Origin: Diplonema japonicum
Lineage: Eukaryota > Protista > Euglenozoa: Diplonemea
Assembly (NCBI GenBank): GCA_964019335.1
Contig: OZ025663.1
Coordinates: 62,001 to 126,000 of the forward strand
Length of the DNA: 64,000 nt
Reading direction: 5' to 3'
The notes under the pieces were generated by a model. The model was not told the origin of the DNA. It saw only the letters and a program-made list of their open reading frames with translations, and made no database searches. The position numbers were made by a program, and so were the translations under genes. Numbering within the stretch: the first letter of the stretch is position 1; the number at the start of each line of letters is the position of its first letter. Below are positions 22,483-32,346 of the stretch, one piece after another.

Positions 22483-25227
22483 ATGACGAGATACGTGTTC
22501 CCTTTCGGAAACGGCAAATCCGATGGAAAATCTTCCATGAAGCAGCTGCTTGGCGGTAAAGGTGCAAACCTGTGTGAAATGGTGAACCTCGGGCTCCCCG
22601 TGCCACCCGGCTTTGTCATCACGACCGAGACATGTGACTACTACAACAAGCACGGCAACACGTATCCTGATGAGGTACTGGTGCAGGTCAACAATGCAAT
22701 GAAGAAGGTGGAGACGGAGATGGGGCTTAAATTCGGTGACAATGACAAGCCGCTCCTGTTCTCCGTGAGGAGCGGTGCCGCCGTCTCGATGCCCGGGATG
22801 ATGGACACAGTGCTCAACTTGGGGCTCAATGACAAGTCTGTACCTGCGTTCGCTCAGCAGACACAAAACGAACAATTCGTGTGGGACAGTTACAGGAGGT
22901 TCATCGCCATGTACAGCAACGTCGTCGGGAGCTGCGACATGGAGCCCTTTGAGCACGAGCTGTGGGAGACGAAGAAAAGGCTGGGCGTTGCCTCCGACTG
23001 CGACATCCCAGTGAGAGAGCTGAAGAGGATCTGTGGTGTTTACAAGCAGCTTTACCAGACGCAGCAGAAGAAAGTCTTCCCCCAGGACCCCAACACTCAG
23101 CTTTGGGAGGCCATCACCGCTGTGTTCCGCTCCTGGAACAACAACCGCGCTATCAAGTACAGGCAGCTAAACAACATCACTGGTCTGAAGGGCACTGCCG
23201 TCAACGTGCAGGCCATGGTCTACGGCAACTACGACAACAACTCTGCGACAGGCGTGTGCTTCTCGAGGAACCCTTCCGATGGTGACTCTAGGTTCTACGG
23301 TGAGTGGCTCGTGAACGCGCAGGGCGAGGATGTCGTGGCTGGCATCAGAACACCCCAGCAGATCACGAAAGAGGCATCCATCGACTGGGCTAAGGACCAT
23401 GGCGTCTCTGAAGCGGAGAGGACCACAAGCTTCCCCTCCATGGAGGAGCGTATGCCCAAGTGCTACCTTGAGCTCGTCCACTTGAAGGACCTTCTAGAGA
23501 AGCACTTCACCGACATGCAGGACATGGAATTCACCATTCAGCAAGGAAAGCTCTTCTTCCTTCAGACTCGTAACGGAAAGAGGACCACGCAGGCTGCTGT
23601 GCAGATCGCTAAGGACATGGTGCACGAAGGGCTCATCGACAAGAAGGAAGCGATCATGAGGGTCGACTGCCAGCAGATCGACCAGCTCCTGCACCCCTAC
23701 ATCGACCCCAAGGCGAAGGTCACCGTGCTGGCGAAAGGCCTTCCTGCGTCGCCGGGCGCTGGTGTGGGCCAAATTGTCTTCACCGCAGATGACGCTGAGA
23801 AGTGGAAGAAGGAGGGGAAGGCTGTTATCATGGTGCGTGTTGAGACCTCGCCCGAGGACCTGTCGGGCATGCACGCTGCAAATGGCATCCTCACAGCACG
23901 TGGCGGCATGACGTCGCACGCTGCTGTTGTCGCCAGGGGGATGGGCAAGTGCTGCGTCTGCGGTGTGACCGGCTTAGTTATCGATTACAACAAGAAAACC
24001 TGCACCATAAAAGACAAGACGCTCAGGGAGGGCGACTGGATCTCTTTGAACGGCACCAGCGGCCAGGTGCTCGAGGGCAAAGCCCCACTAGTTAGGCCTA
24101 CTCTTGGCGGGCCCTTCGGCGAGATCTTGAAGTGGGCGTCCAAGGTGCGCACCATGGGTGTGCGTGCCAACGCCGACACTCCCAAAGACGCGGCCACTGC
24201 TTTCTCCTTCGGCGCTGAGGGCATCGGCCTGTGCAGGACGGAGCACATGTTCTTCGAGGGCGACAGGATCGACGCAGTGAGGGAGATGATCCTGGCCAGC
24301 AACCAGACAGGCAGGAAAGCCGCTCTCAAGAAGATCCTTCCTTACCAGAAAGAGGATTTCAAGGGCATCTTCAAGGCAATGCACGGCCTGCCCTGTACCA
24401 TCAGGTTGCTGGACCCCCCGCTCCACGAGTTCGTCCCGCACGACGAGGCCACACAGAAGGACCTTGCCAGGAAGCTCGGCATGTCCCATGCATCGGTGGC
24501 ACAGCGCGTGAAGTCCCTCATGGAGTCCAACCCCATGCTTGGGCACAGGGGTGTGAGGCTGGGACTGTCCTTCAACGAGATCTACGACACTCAGGTGGAG
24601 GCGATCTTCGAGGCTGCCTGCGACGTGATCCAGGAGACGGGGATGGAGATCTGCCCAGAGATCATGATCCCGCTGGTTGGGAAGGTGGAGGAGCTGGCCA
24701 TCATGAAGAAGAGATGCATCGTGGTCGGCGAGAACGTACTTCAGAAGAGGAACATGAAGCTGAACTACCAGGTCGGGACCATGATAGAAGTCCCGCGTGC
24801 GTGTGTCACTGCGGACGAGATCGCGACAGAGGCGGAGTTCTTCTCGTTCGGCACGAACGACCTGACGCAGATGGGATGCGGCTTCTCGCGTGACGACGCT
24901 GCGTCCTTCCTAGAGGAGTACGTTAAGATGGGGATCTACAACGCCGACCCCTTCCAGGTCTTGGACCAGCAGGGTGTTGGTGCGATGGTTGAAATGGCCG
25001 TCCGCAAAGGTAGGTCTACAAGGAGCAACCTCAAGTGCGGTATCTGCGGTGAACATGGTGGCGAACCTTCGTCCGTCAAGTTCTGTCATCGAACGGGCCT
25101 CAGTTATGTCTCATGCTCACCATACAGGGTCCCGGTCGCTATTGTTGCCGCTGCCCAAGCAGCGATTGAGGAAGAGCGGGCTATCGCGGCACGGCGTGGT
25201 GCGATTATGCAAGGCAGTAAGCTCTAA
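22483..25227 (+). CDS. PPDK: Pyruvate phosphate dikinase with PTS1 (SKL)
   Basis: LLGGKGANL, SVRSGAAVSMPGMMDTVLNLGLN, GGMTSHAAVVARG (phospho-His), GIGLCRTEHMFF, FSFGTNDLTQM, GICGEHGG; ends MQGSKL*. True start is MTRYVF after catacag. Confidence 0.98.
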   Translation: MTRYVFPFGNGKSDGKSSMKQLLGGKGANLCEMVNLGLPVPPGFVITTETCDYYNKHGNTYPDEVLVQVNNAMKKVETEMGLKFGDNDKPLLFSVRSGAAVSMPGMMDTVLNLGLNDKSVPAFAQQTQNEQFVWDSYRRFIAMYSNVVGSCDMEPFEHELWETKKRLGVASDCDIPVRELKRICGVYKQLYQTQQKKVFPQDPNTQLWEAITAVFRSWNNNRAIKYRQLNNITGLKGTAVNVQAMVYGNYDNNSATGVCFSRNPSDGDSRFYGEWLVNAQGEDVVAGIRTPQQITKEASIDWAKDHGVSEAERTTSFPSMEERMPKCYLELVHLKDLLEKHFTDMQDMEFTIQQGKLFFLQTRNGKRTTQAAVQIAKDMVHEGLIDKKEAIMRVDCQQIDQLLHPYIDPKAKVTVLAKGLPASPGAGVGQIVFTADDAEKWKKEGKAVIMVRVETSPEDLSGMHAANGILTARGGMTSHAAVVARGMGKCCVCGVTGLVIDYNKKTCTIKDKTLREGDWISLNGTSGQVLEGKAPLVRPTLGGPFGEILKWASKVRTMGVRANADTPKDAATAFSFGAEGIGLCRTEHMFFEGDRIDAVREMILASNQTGRKAALKKILPYQKEDFKGIFKAMHGLPCTIRLLDPPLHEFVPHDEATQKDLARKLGMSHASVAQRVKSLMESNPMLGHRGVRLGLSFNEIYDTQVEAIFEAACDVIQETGMEICPEIMIPLVGKVEELAIMKKRCIVVGENVLQKRNMKLNYQVGTMIEVPRACVTADEIATEAEFFSFGTNDLTQMGCGFSRDDAASFLEEYVKMGIYNADPFQVLDQQGVGAMVEMAVRKGRSTRSNLKCGICGEHGGEPSSVKFCHRTGLSYVSCSPYRVPVAIVAAAQAAIEEERAIAARRGAIMQGSKL

Positions 25228-26058
25228 GAGTCTGGAGAAGAGAAGAAAAACAAGACGAAGAAGGGCGTTGTTTACTCAAGTAAGCTTCCTTCATCCCCCC
25301 CCCCCCCCCGAAGAAAATAAATATATCCCGTTCCTTTTTTTTGAGAAAGCTTTTTTTTCTTTCCCCGTTCGCAAGAAGACAAGAAGAAGAACAAAAAAGA
25401 GAAATAGGAAAAGGACGGGAGGAAAGAAATGGATAAAAAAAAAGGGTATTCCAACGATTTTTTTAAGGGAAAAACAAAAAAAACAAAAACAAAAACAAAA
25501 AAAAACGTATTCTTTTTTTTTTCTCTATTTAGGAAAGAAAAAAAAATAACAGCTGCTGCGCTGGGCAGCGCTTTTTTTTTTGGGGGGGAGGGCGGGGGGT
25601 ACACAGGGGTACTTTTTATTTATTTTTTCTTCTTTTCCACTCTCCTCTCCTCCCCTTATTTGATTTCCTTCTTCTTAGGGGCTTTTTTTCTTTTTTCTTT
25701 TTGCTTTTCTCTCCTTGTTTTCTCGGGGAAACTGACACTTTTGTTTTGTAAGGAACTTAAGCACAGACATGAACAGTGATCTGCAGCTACGAAAACGGCG
25801 GAAGAAAAAGGAAACCAGTGCAAGGAAGGTACCTAGTTGTTGTTAGCACATGAAAGGGTTGCCCTCCTTACCTTTTTCTTCTTGTTCATAGAACTGCCAG
25901 ACAGAGAGAAAGAAGCTTGGTAGCGTGGAAAAAAAAAAAAAGCTAGCAAGTGTTTTTTCTCCGCCCTCCCCTTTTTACCTTCTCCTTTTTCTATTCCTCA
26001 AAATTTTAAAGTTCTTAGTAATCACTGCCGAGTGCCACCAACACAGGGAGGAGCTGCA

Positions 26059-27873
26059 ATGTACAACTCGCGGCTTGCTGACAGGGGGATGACGCCCTTA
26101 TATGACGATGGAGGCTGGTCACCGCCGCCTGTTGTGTACCACATGCAACCACCACAGGAGCGGTATAGGGAGGAGTCCTTGAAGGCGCTGCATGCCGACC
26201 TTCTGGAGGCACTTGCCGTGAATAGTGAGATGGCACAGACAGACCTCATGCGCGATGTTCTGGCTAGGATGGAGGACCTCCTCGCAAAGGATGCCACAGA
26301 GCGCACTGGCAGGCTCGGCGAACTGGAGAACAAGCAGCGCCAGCTATTCGACCTCCACAACATGATCCAGGAGAGCGAGTCCGAAGGCCTGCAGCAAGTC
26401 ACCCACCTCTGCAAGGAAAGCATTGCACACCTCATCCACGAGTGCAAACTCTACCACCAGGAGCTCGACAGACTGCGGGCAGAGAACAGCACCTTGCAAG
26501 ACGTCAAAACAGAGTTCCAGCTGCTCAAGAAGGAGGGCAACGACATGCTCTCCGCACTGAACGAGGCGAAGGAGCGCAGCAGGTACTTCGAAGAGCAGCT
26601 CACCCCCGCAAATGAGAAAGCGGAGTCACTCGCAGCGCACCTCGTGGACGCCGTGAAGGAGAAGCACCGCATGGAAGAGATGGTCGAAAAGGCGAAGGCA
26701 GAGATCGGCGAGACGCAGCAGCGGAACATGCGGCTGGTGCACGAGCTGAACCAGGCAGAAGACAGGCTTGTGGCCTTCGAAGAGGCCGCACAGGCAGACA
26801 TCAACGAACTCCTAGAGCGCGACACGCAGCACAAGCGGGCACTGGAACAGATGAAGAAGAGCACGACCACTCTGGACGAGTACAAAAACCAGTACGATCT
26901 GCAGCTCAACCAGATCAGCACGCTTGAGGTGCGATGCAGCACTTTGTCAGCAGAGCTTGCCTTGAAGTGCAAAGAACTGGACGCATCTCGTGACAAAGCT
27001 GCTGAAGTTGAGCAGAAGCAACGTGCCGAAGCAGCGGAGCAGGAGAACAGATATCACGCAGCCATCAATGAAAAGGAAGAGCGTATCAAGAGCCTGCAGC
27101 AGCAGGACATGCAGCGTGTCGACAGCACAGGGCAGGAGACCATGAAGATGCGAGAGACTGTTGAGCACCTCACGGCGGAACTCGCCAAGAAGTGCCAAGA
27201 GTGCGCAACGCTCTCACTACAGCTAGGGGCAACCAACGAGGAACTAGAGGAGAAGACGGAGCTACTAAATTCTATCAAAGAAGAAGTGATTGTCATGCGT
27301 GACGCGTCCGAACTGAACAACAGCGAGACAGCCCACACCCTGCAGGGGCTCAAGACCGATATGCAGTCGCGTGACAATATGCTACATGATTTGCAAGAGG
27401 AATTGCAAAACGTGAGGCGCCATGAGCAGGAGCTGCAGGTGAGCCTCGACGAGGCGAGGAAAGCAGAGAGAGAGAGTCGAAAGAAGGTTTCCCTTGATAC
27501 ACAGAGAGCGGTGGACCTGGAGGCGTATCTGGAGATGGAAAAGAAGGGAAAAGACGAACTATCACAAACGGTTCTAGAGCTCCAGAGGCAGACGCTTAAC
27601 TTGGCACAGGAGAAGGGACGGCTAGTGTCCGAACTATCTGTGTACAGGAGCCAGTACGCCTCGCAGACACCCCTTTCGAGCGTCTCTTTCGACAACGACT
27701 CCCTGAGAGACGCAGAGAAGCTGCAGCCACGTGCGCCCACACCTGCCCACTCGCCTGCCCCTTCTCATGCAACATCCCAGTCCACGTCGCGCATCACAGA
27801 ATTGGAGGAGAAGCTAGGCAAGATGAAGTCCGAATTGCAAGGGATGGTGAAGGGCAACCCCCTGCGGAACTAG
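26059..27873 (+). CDS. Long coiled-coil protein
   Basis: ~604-aa ORF rich in E/K/L/Q heptads; ATG follows ccaccaacacag. Confidence 0.85.
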   Translation: MYNSRLADRGMTPLYDDGGWSPPPVVYHMQPPQERYREESLKALHADLLEALAVNSEMAQTDLMRDVLARMEDLLAKDATERTGRLGELENKQRQLFDLHNMIQESESEGLQQVTHLCKESIAHLIHECKLYHQELDRLRAENSTLQDVKTEFQLLKKEGNDMLSALNEAKERSRYFEEQLTPANEKAESLAAHLVDAVKEKHRMEEMVEKAKAEIGETQQRNMRLVHELNQAEDRLVAFEEAAQADINELLERDTQHKRALEQMKKSTTTLDEYKNQYDLQLNQISTLEVRCSTLSAELALKCKELDASRDKAAEVEQKQRAEAAEQENRYHAAINEKEERIKSLQQQDMQRVDSTGQETMKMRETVEHLTAELAKKCQECATLSLQLGATNEELEEKTELLNSIKEEVIVMRDASELNNSETAHTLQGLKTDMQSRDNMLHDLQEELQNVRRHEQELQVSLDEARKAERESRKKVSLDTQRAVDLEAYLEMEKKGKDELSQTVLELQRQTLNLAQEKGRLVSELSVYRSQYASQTPLSSVSFDNDSLRDAEKLQPRAPTPAHSPAPSHATSQSTSRITELEEKLGKMKSELQGMVKGNPLRN

Positions 27874-27948
27874 ATTGTGTATAGAGCATTAACATTGTTA
27901 AGAAACATTCCACCCACACTACACACCTTTAGGATAGAACATGTTGAT

Positions 27949-30136
27949 ATGAGTGCAAAACATATATTGCTGATCTTGTCTGCGTGCGCCGCGTGCGTGC
28001 ATGGGGTAGGGCCGCAGTCGGGGTGGAGCAGGCCTGACGCACCGTTGGATGTGTTGTACGATAAGCTTTTTAAGGATTTGAAACCAATTGCAGCGTGCGT
28101 GGGGATGAACACGAGGGACGGTCCCTCGCAGTGCTACGTGGACAAAGGGACCGGTCCCCTTTACTTAGTTAACAGCAACGATGACTGGAACGTGTCCCTG
28201 CGGGCAGAGGGCGGCATGTGGAACGTTGTCGTAGGGAACGAGATGCCCACCGACCACATTATGTCCTTCCTGGGTGAAGCAGTGGGCTGGACTACCACGA
28301 CCATCAACAGCGTCTACATGCGGCCCCTCCTCAGGAGCGAGCTCCCAGAAAGCGTTGGATGGTCACCGCAGCCAGTGCGGCCTGGCAACTACTCGGACCT
28401 CTACAAAGGTGAGCAGCCGGCTTGGAATCCTCACGGTGGTGGGCTGTGGGAAAAGAAGCTGCCCATCATGATGCTGCTGTCCGACAGCGACCACACGGAG
28501 GCCGTGGCCAGGGCTCAGAAGAACAAAGACAACGGCTACAGCACCTACCCCAAGGAGTCCATGCAGCTCAACTACGTCATGAAGAGCAATGACATGAACT
28601 CCTCGCAGTGCCTGAAGGATGGGAAGTGCGACGTGGTTGGGAAGGTGTCGTACTGGTCCACCACCATATCCACCGACAAGATCACCAACGACACGAAGTT
28701 CATCGGCATCGCCCTGCCCATCACAGGCACGTCCTTGTGGACGGAGAACAGTGCACCAGCACAAGGCGCCATCATGGGCAGCATCGTGTCTGCCCTCACG
28801 CTGGCGGACGCCATCAGCTCGTCGAGGGACTTGATGAAGAAGGAGCTGCTGTTCATGTTCTTCGACGCTGAGCTGTACGGAGCGTCGGGATCCTTCAGGT
28901 TCTTCAAGGACATCACCGACTGGGAGTGCCTGAAGCTGCCCGAGGACCCGAAGAGGTTCTGCCTGAACCCCAACTACGCACTGTCCAACTTCACGAAGAT
29001 CAACCACGAAAACATCGAGTACCTGCTGGGCCTTGACCAGCTGGGCATCGTCGAGAGGGGTGACACCTACGACCCCAGCAGCCCGGACCTCTACATGTAC
29101 TACGATGGGGCGATGCACGACAGGGACCCGCAGATGATCGACACCATGCTCAACGCCTTCACCACCAGCGGTGCTAAGATAAGCGGCGATGGGGTGCGGA
29201 GGTACTTGCCACCGTCGCCTGTGCAGAGCTACTTAAGGATCGATGACGCCAACAGAGCACGCACAGACCTTGCTGTGGGCGTGCTTGCTGGGTACGATGG
29301 TGCCTTCAAGAACAAGTACTATGGCTCCGTCTACGACACAGCAGACTTGTCAATCAACAAGACACGACTCAACGTCACGCTTCTGCGCCAGTCGGCGACG
29401 ACACTGACGGAGGCCATCTGGAAGCTTGCGGAGGGTATGGGTCCAGCACCCAGCATCAACGAGACGCTTGTGGAGGCGCTGACGGAGTGCTTGGGGTCCA
29501 ACGTCAACTGCCCCCTTGTGCTGGGGTACCTTGACGACTGCTTTGCCATACCGCAGCGCAACAGCATCAGGTCCGTCTCAAACATGTACCCAGGGCTGCA
29601 TAAGGACCGCAGCATCAACGCCATATCGAGGTTCATCTTCAACTTCATGGGGGACAAGATGGCACTGGGCCCGGACCAATCGTCCATGGAGCCGTGTGAA
29701 TTGAAGCTGACGTGCAACAACACTGCTTGCAGCAACCCGTATGAGGTGTGTTTAGTGGGGAAAAAAAAAAAAAAAAAAAAAAAAAAAAACAGATCTGCGT
29801 CTCGAATTTCGAGGGTGGGTCCGGGACGTGCAAACTGTGCCCCATCTTCGCTCACGATGCAGCGACACCAGCATTGTTTGTGAACAACCAGTCTCACTGG
29901 GATTTCGATCCGAGATTCAGCTACTTGCAGGTCTGGACGGAATCCGTTTGGCAAAATGATATGGGTTCGAGACTCTTCACGGCCGACAGCAACCTTCACG
30001 AGGTATGCATACAGTCTACAGCAACAACATATTACAGGGCATTATGCTTTTGGTCGGTGGCCTCGTGGGCATCGCTTCTGTGGTTGTCGTGTTCATCTTC
30101 CGCTCAATGGTGGTCCCTAAGTTGAAGACGGAGTAG
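27949..30136 (+). CDS. Nicastrin-like type I membrane protein, 3 exons
   Basis: Signal peptide, FDAELYGASGSFRFFKDI, LPPSPVQSYL, FKNKYYGSVYD and VWTESVW. The C-terminal TM helix appears only after removing introns 29746-29792 (47 nt) and 30003-30037 (35 nt). Confidence 0.85.
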
Positions 30137-30579
30137 GGAGAGAAGGAAAAAAAAAAAAATATAATATATTTTGTGGAAATTGGGGGGGGGGAGAAAATAA
30201 AAGGATACTTGCTTTTTTTTTTGGTTTTAAGAACATCTCTTTCTTCTTTTTTTTTTCGCTCGTCCTTTTTTTTTCACCCAGTTTTTTTTTTCTCTTCCTC
30301 ATATTAGCCCTTTTTTTTGGATGCAACCTTCACCTGTTCAAAAAAAAAAAAAAAAAGAAAAAGAAAAAAAGGAAAGGAGAGAGTAAAGGCGTTATGGTGT
30401 TATTTTTTTTTATTCGTAGAAAAATAAAAGAAATAACAAAAAGAATAGAAATACGAGGAAAATTGAAAATGATTTTTTTTTTTTTTTTACCCCCGAACTT
30501 TTCAGTTGTTTCCCCCCCCCCTTTTTTTTTTCTAACGAGAAAAAAAAAAAACGCACCCCCCCCCAAAGCACAAAAAAAA

Positions 30580-31194
30580 ATGGTGAAAGATATTTTTAAA
30601 GTCATCATCCTGGGGGACATGGGCGTGGGGAAGACTAGTGTGCTGAGCAGGTTTGTGGATAAGAAATTCAGCACAAAGTACAAAGCGACGATCGGTGCGG
30701 ACCTTCTCGTAAAGGAAGTGACTGTGGGCGGGGACACGGTCACCTTCCAGCTGTGGGATACCGCAGGGCAGGAGCGATTCCAAACAATCGGAAATGCCTA
30801 CTATCGGGGTGCAGAGGCTTGTGGGCTGATGTTCGATCTGACTTCAGGTGAGACTTTCTCTCACCTCTCATCATGGATGGAGGAGTTCAACCTGCAGACG
30901 CAACGCAAGGACAGCCCCTTCGTCCTCATAGGCAACAAGGCAGACCAGACAGACAAGAGACAAGTGACACAAAAGACCGCCCTCGCCTGGTGTGCCAAGA
31001 ACACGAACGACCCTGAGGGTACCCCTATTCCTTACTACGAGACATCAGCGCTGAACGACTCAAACATCGATCAGGTCTTCCAAGACCTTGCAGAGACATT
31101 GGTCAAGCGCCGTCCCACCAAAGACGAACCTCATATTTCCCAAGAGATCAAGCTAGCCACCAAGAAGCCGGGAAGGAAAACCTGTAAATGCTAA
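30580..31194 (+). CDS. Rab7-like small GTPase
   Basis: KVIILGDMGVGKTS, YKATIGADL, WDTAGQERFQ, GNKAD, ETSA and a C-terminal CKC prenylation motif. Confidence 0.93.
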   Translation: MVKDIFKVIILGDMGVGKTSVLSRFVDKKFSTKYKATIGADLLVKEVTVGGDTVTFQLWDTAGQERFQTIGNAYYRGAEACGLMFDLTSGETFSHLSSWMEEFNLQTQRKDSPFVLIGNKADQTDKRQVTQKTALAWCAKNTNDPEGTPIPYYETSALNDSNIDQVFQDLAETLVKRRPTKDEPHISQEIKLATKKPGRKTCKC

Positions 31195-32304
31195 AAGGGG
31201 TATTTTTTTGTCTAGCACTCTTTTGGACGATACCGTATATATATATTTTTTTTTTTCCCCCCTCGTTTTTCTAGCCCTTGGAAAAAGAAAAAAAAAAGAA
31301 AAAAAAAAAAAAAAAAAAAAAACATCTTCCTTTGTATTTTTTTTTTTTTTTTAAAAAGAGATGGGAGCGGTAGACAGGTATTTCAGGAAAAAAGAAAAAA
31401 ACTGGGCTGGTAGGCAATATTCACCTCAACTGTTGCACACACACAAAAAAAAAAAAAAAAAAGGCAACACGTTTGGTCTTTTTTTTTTCTTCCTCGCTCC
31501 TTTATGTTAACCCCCCTAAAAAAAAGAACCTTTTTAATAATATTATTATGTTTCTCACCAATACGGCTTGTGTGTCTTTTCTTTTTTTTTCCATAACAAA
31601 GCACAGGTTGGGCAAAAAAGGACTGTTCAGCAGCCCGGGTTGGAAAGACACGGATGCCCACCTTTTCAGCAAACTAGGCGCTAAGCAGCCGGCACCCTCA
31701 CCGATCAGGTTTTCAAAGTTTGTCAAAGTTTATAGTTTTACCGTCACGCTCAAAATGCTGAACATGTCAGTTCTTCTTTTTTTTTTTTCTCTTTTTTTCT
31801 TTTTTTTTGGAGAAAGGTCCGTGAGGAATGAAACGAACAAACAAGAATGCCCCCCCCCTTTTTTTTAATTCTTCTTCCCTTCCCTCCACCTTTACTTGAA
31901 GCATGAAAAGCTAGCCGACCCGATATAAGAAAATGGCCTGATACCGATAGCAATGAGACTGACAATAGGAGGGTGAAAACAAAAAAAAGAAGAAGAAAAG
32001 AAATAACAGTGTGCAGTGAACTTACTAAAAGGGAATGGGGAAGGGGGTGGGGGGGGGGGGGCAAAAGAAAGAAAAGAAAGAAGAAGAAAAAAAGAGTATC
32101 TCTTACCACCTCCGGTTCTATCCACATTCTGACCTCAGGTGGGGTAAGACGTATTTTCTTTGTTTTTTTTTTCTCCCCCCTTTCCTTCCCTGTCCTGTTC
32201 TCTTTTTTATTTTATTTCTTATTTTTATTTGTCTTGCTTTCAGAAATTTGTTCATATTTCACTCTTTCCTTCAAACTGTGTAAATACAATGCGTGCCAGC
32301 ATAG

Positions 32305-32335
<31 letters not shown>

Positions 32336-32346
32336 CACACACAGGG

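Noticed and set aside
29746-29792. Programmed frameshift on the poly-A run in nicastrin (and YIPF5)
   Set aside because: GT...AG introns explain the frame change and restore conserved sequence exactly.
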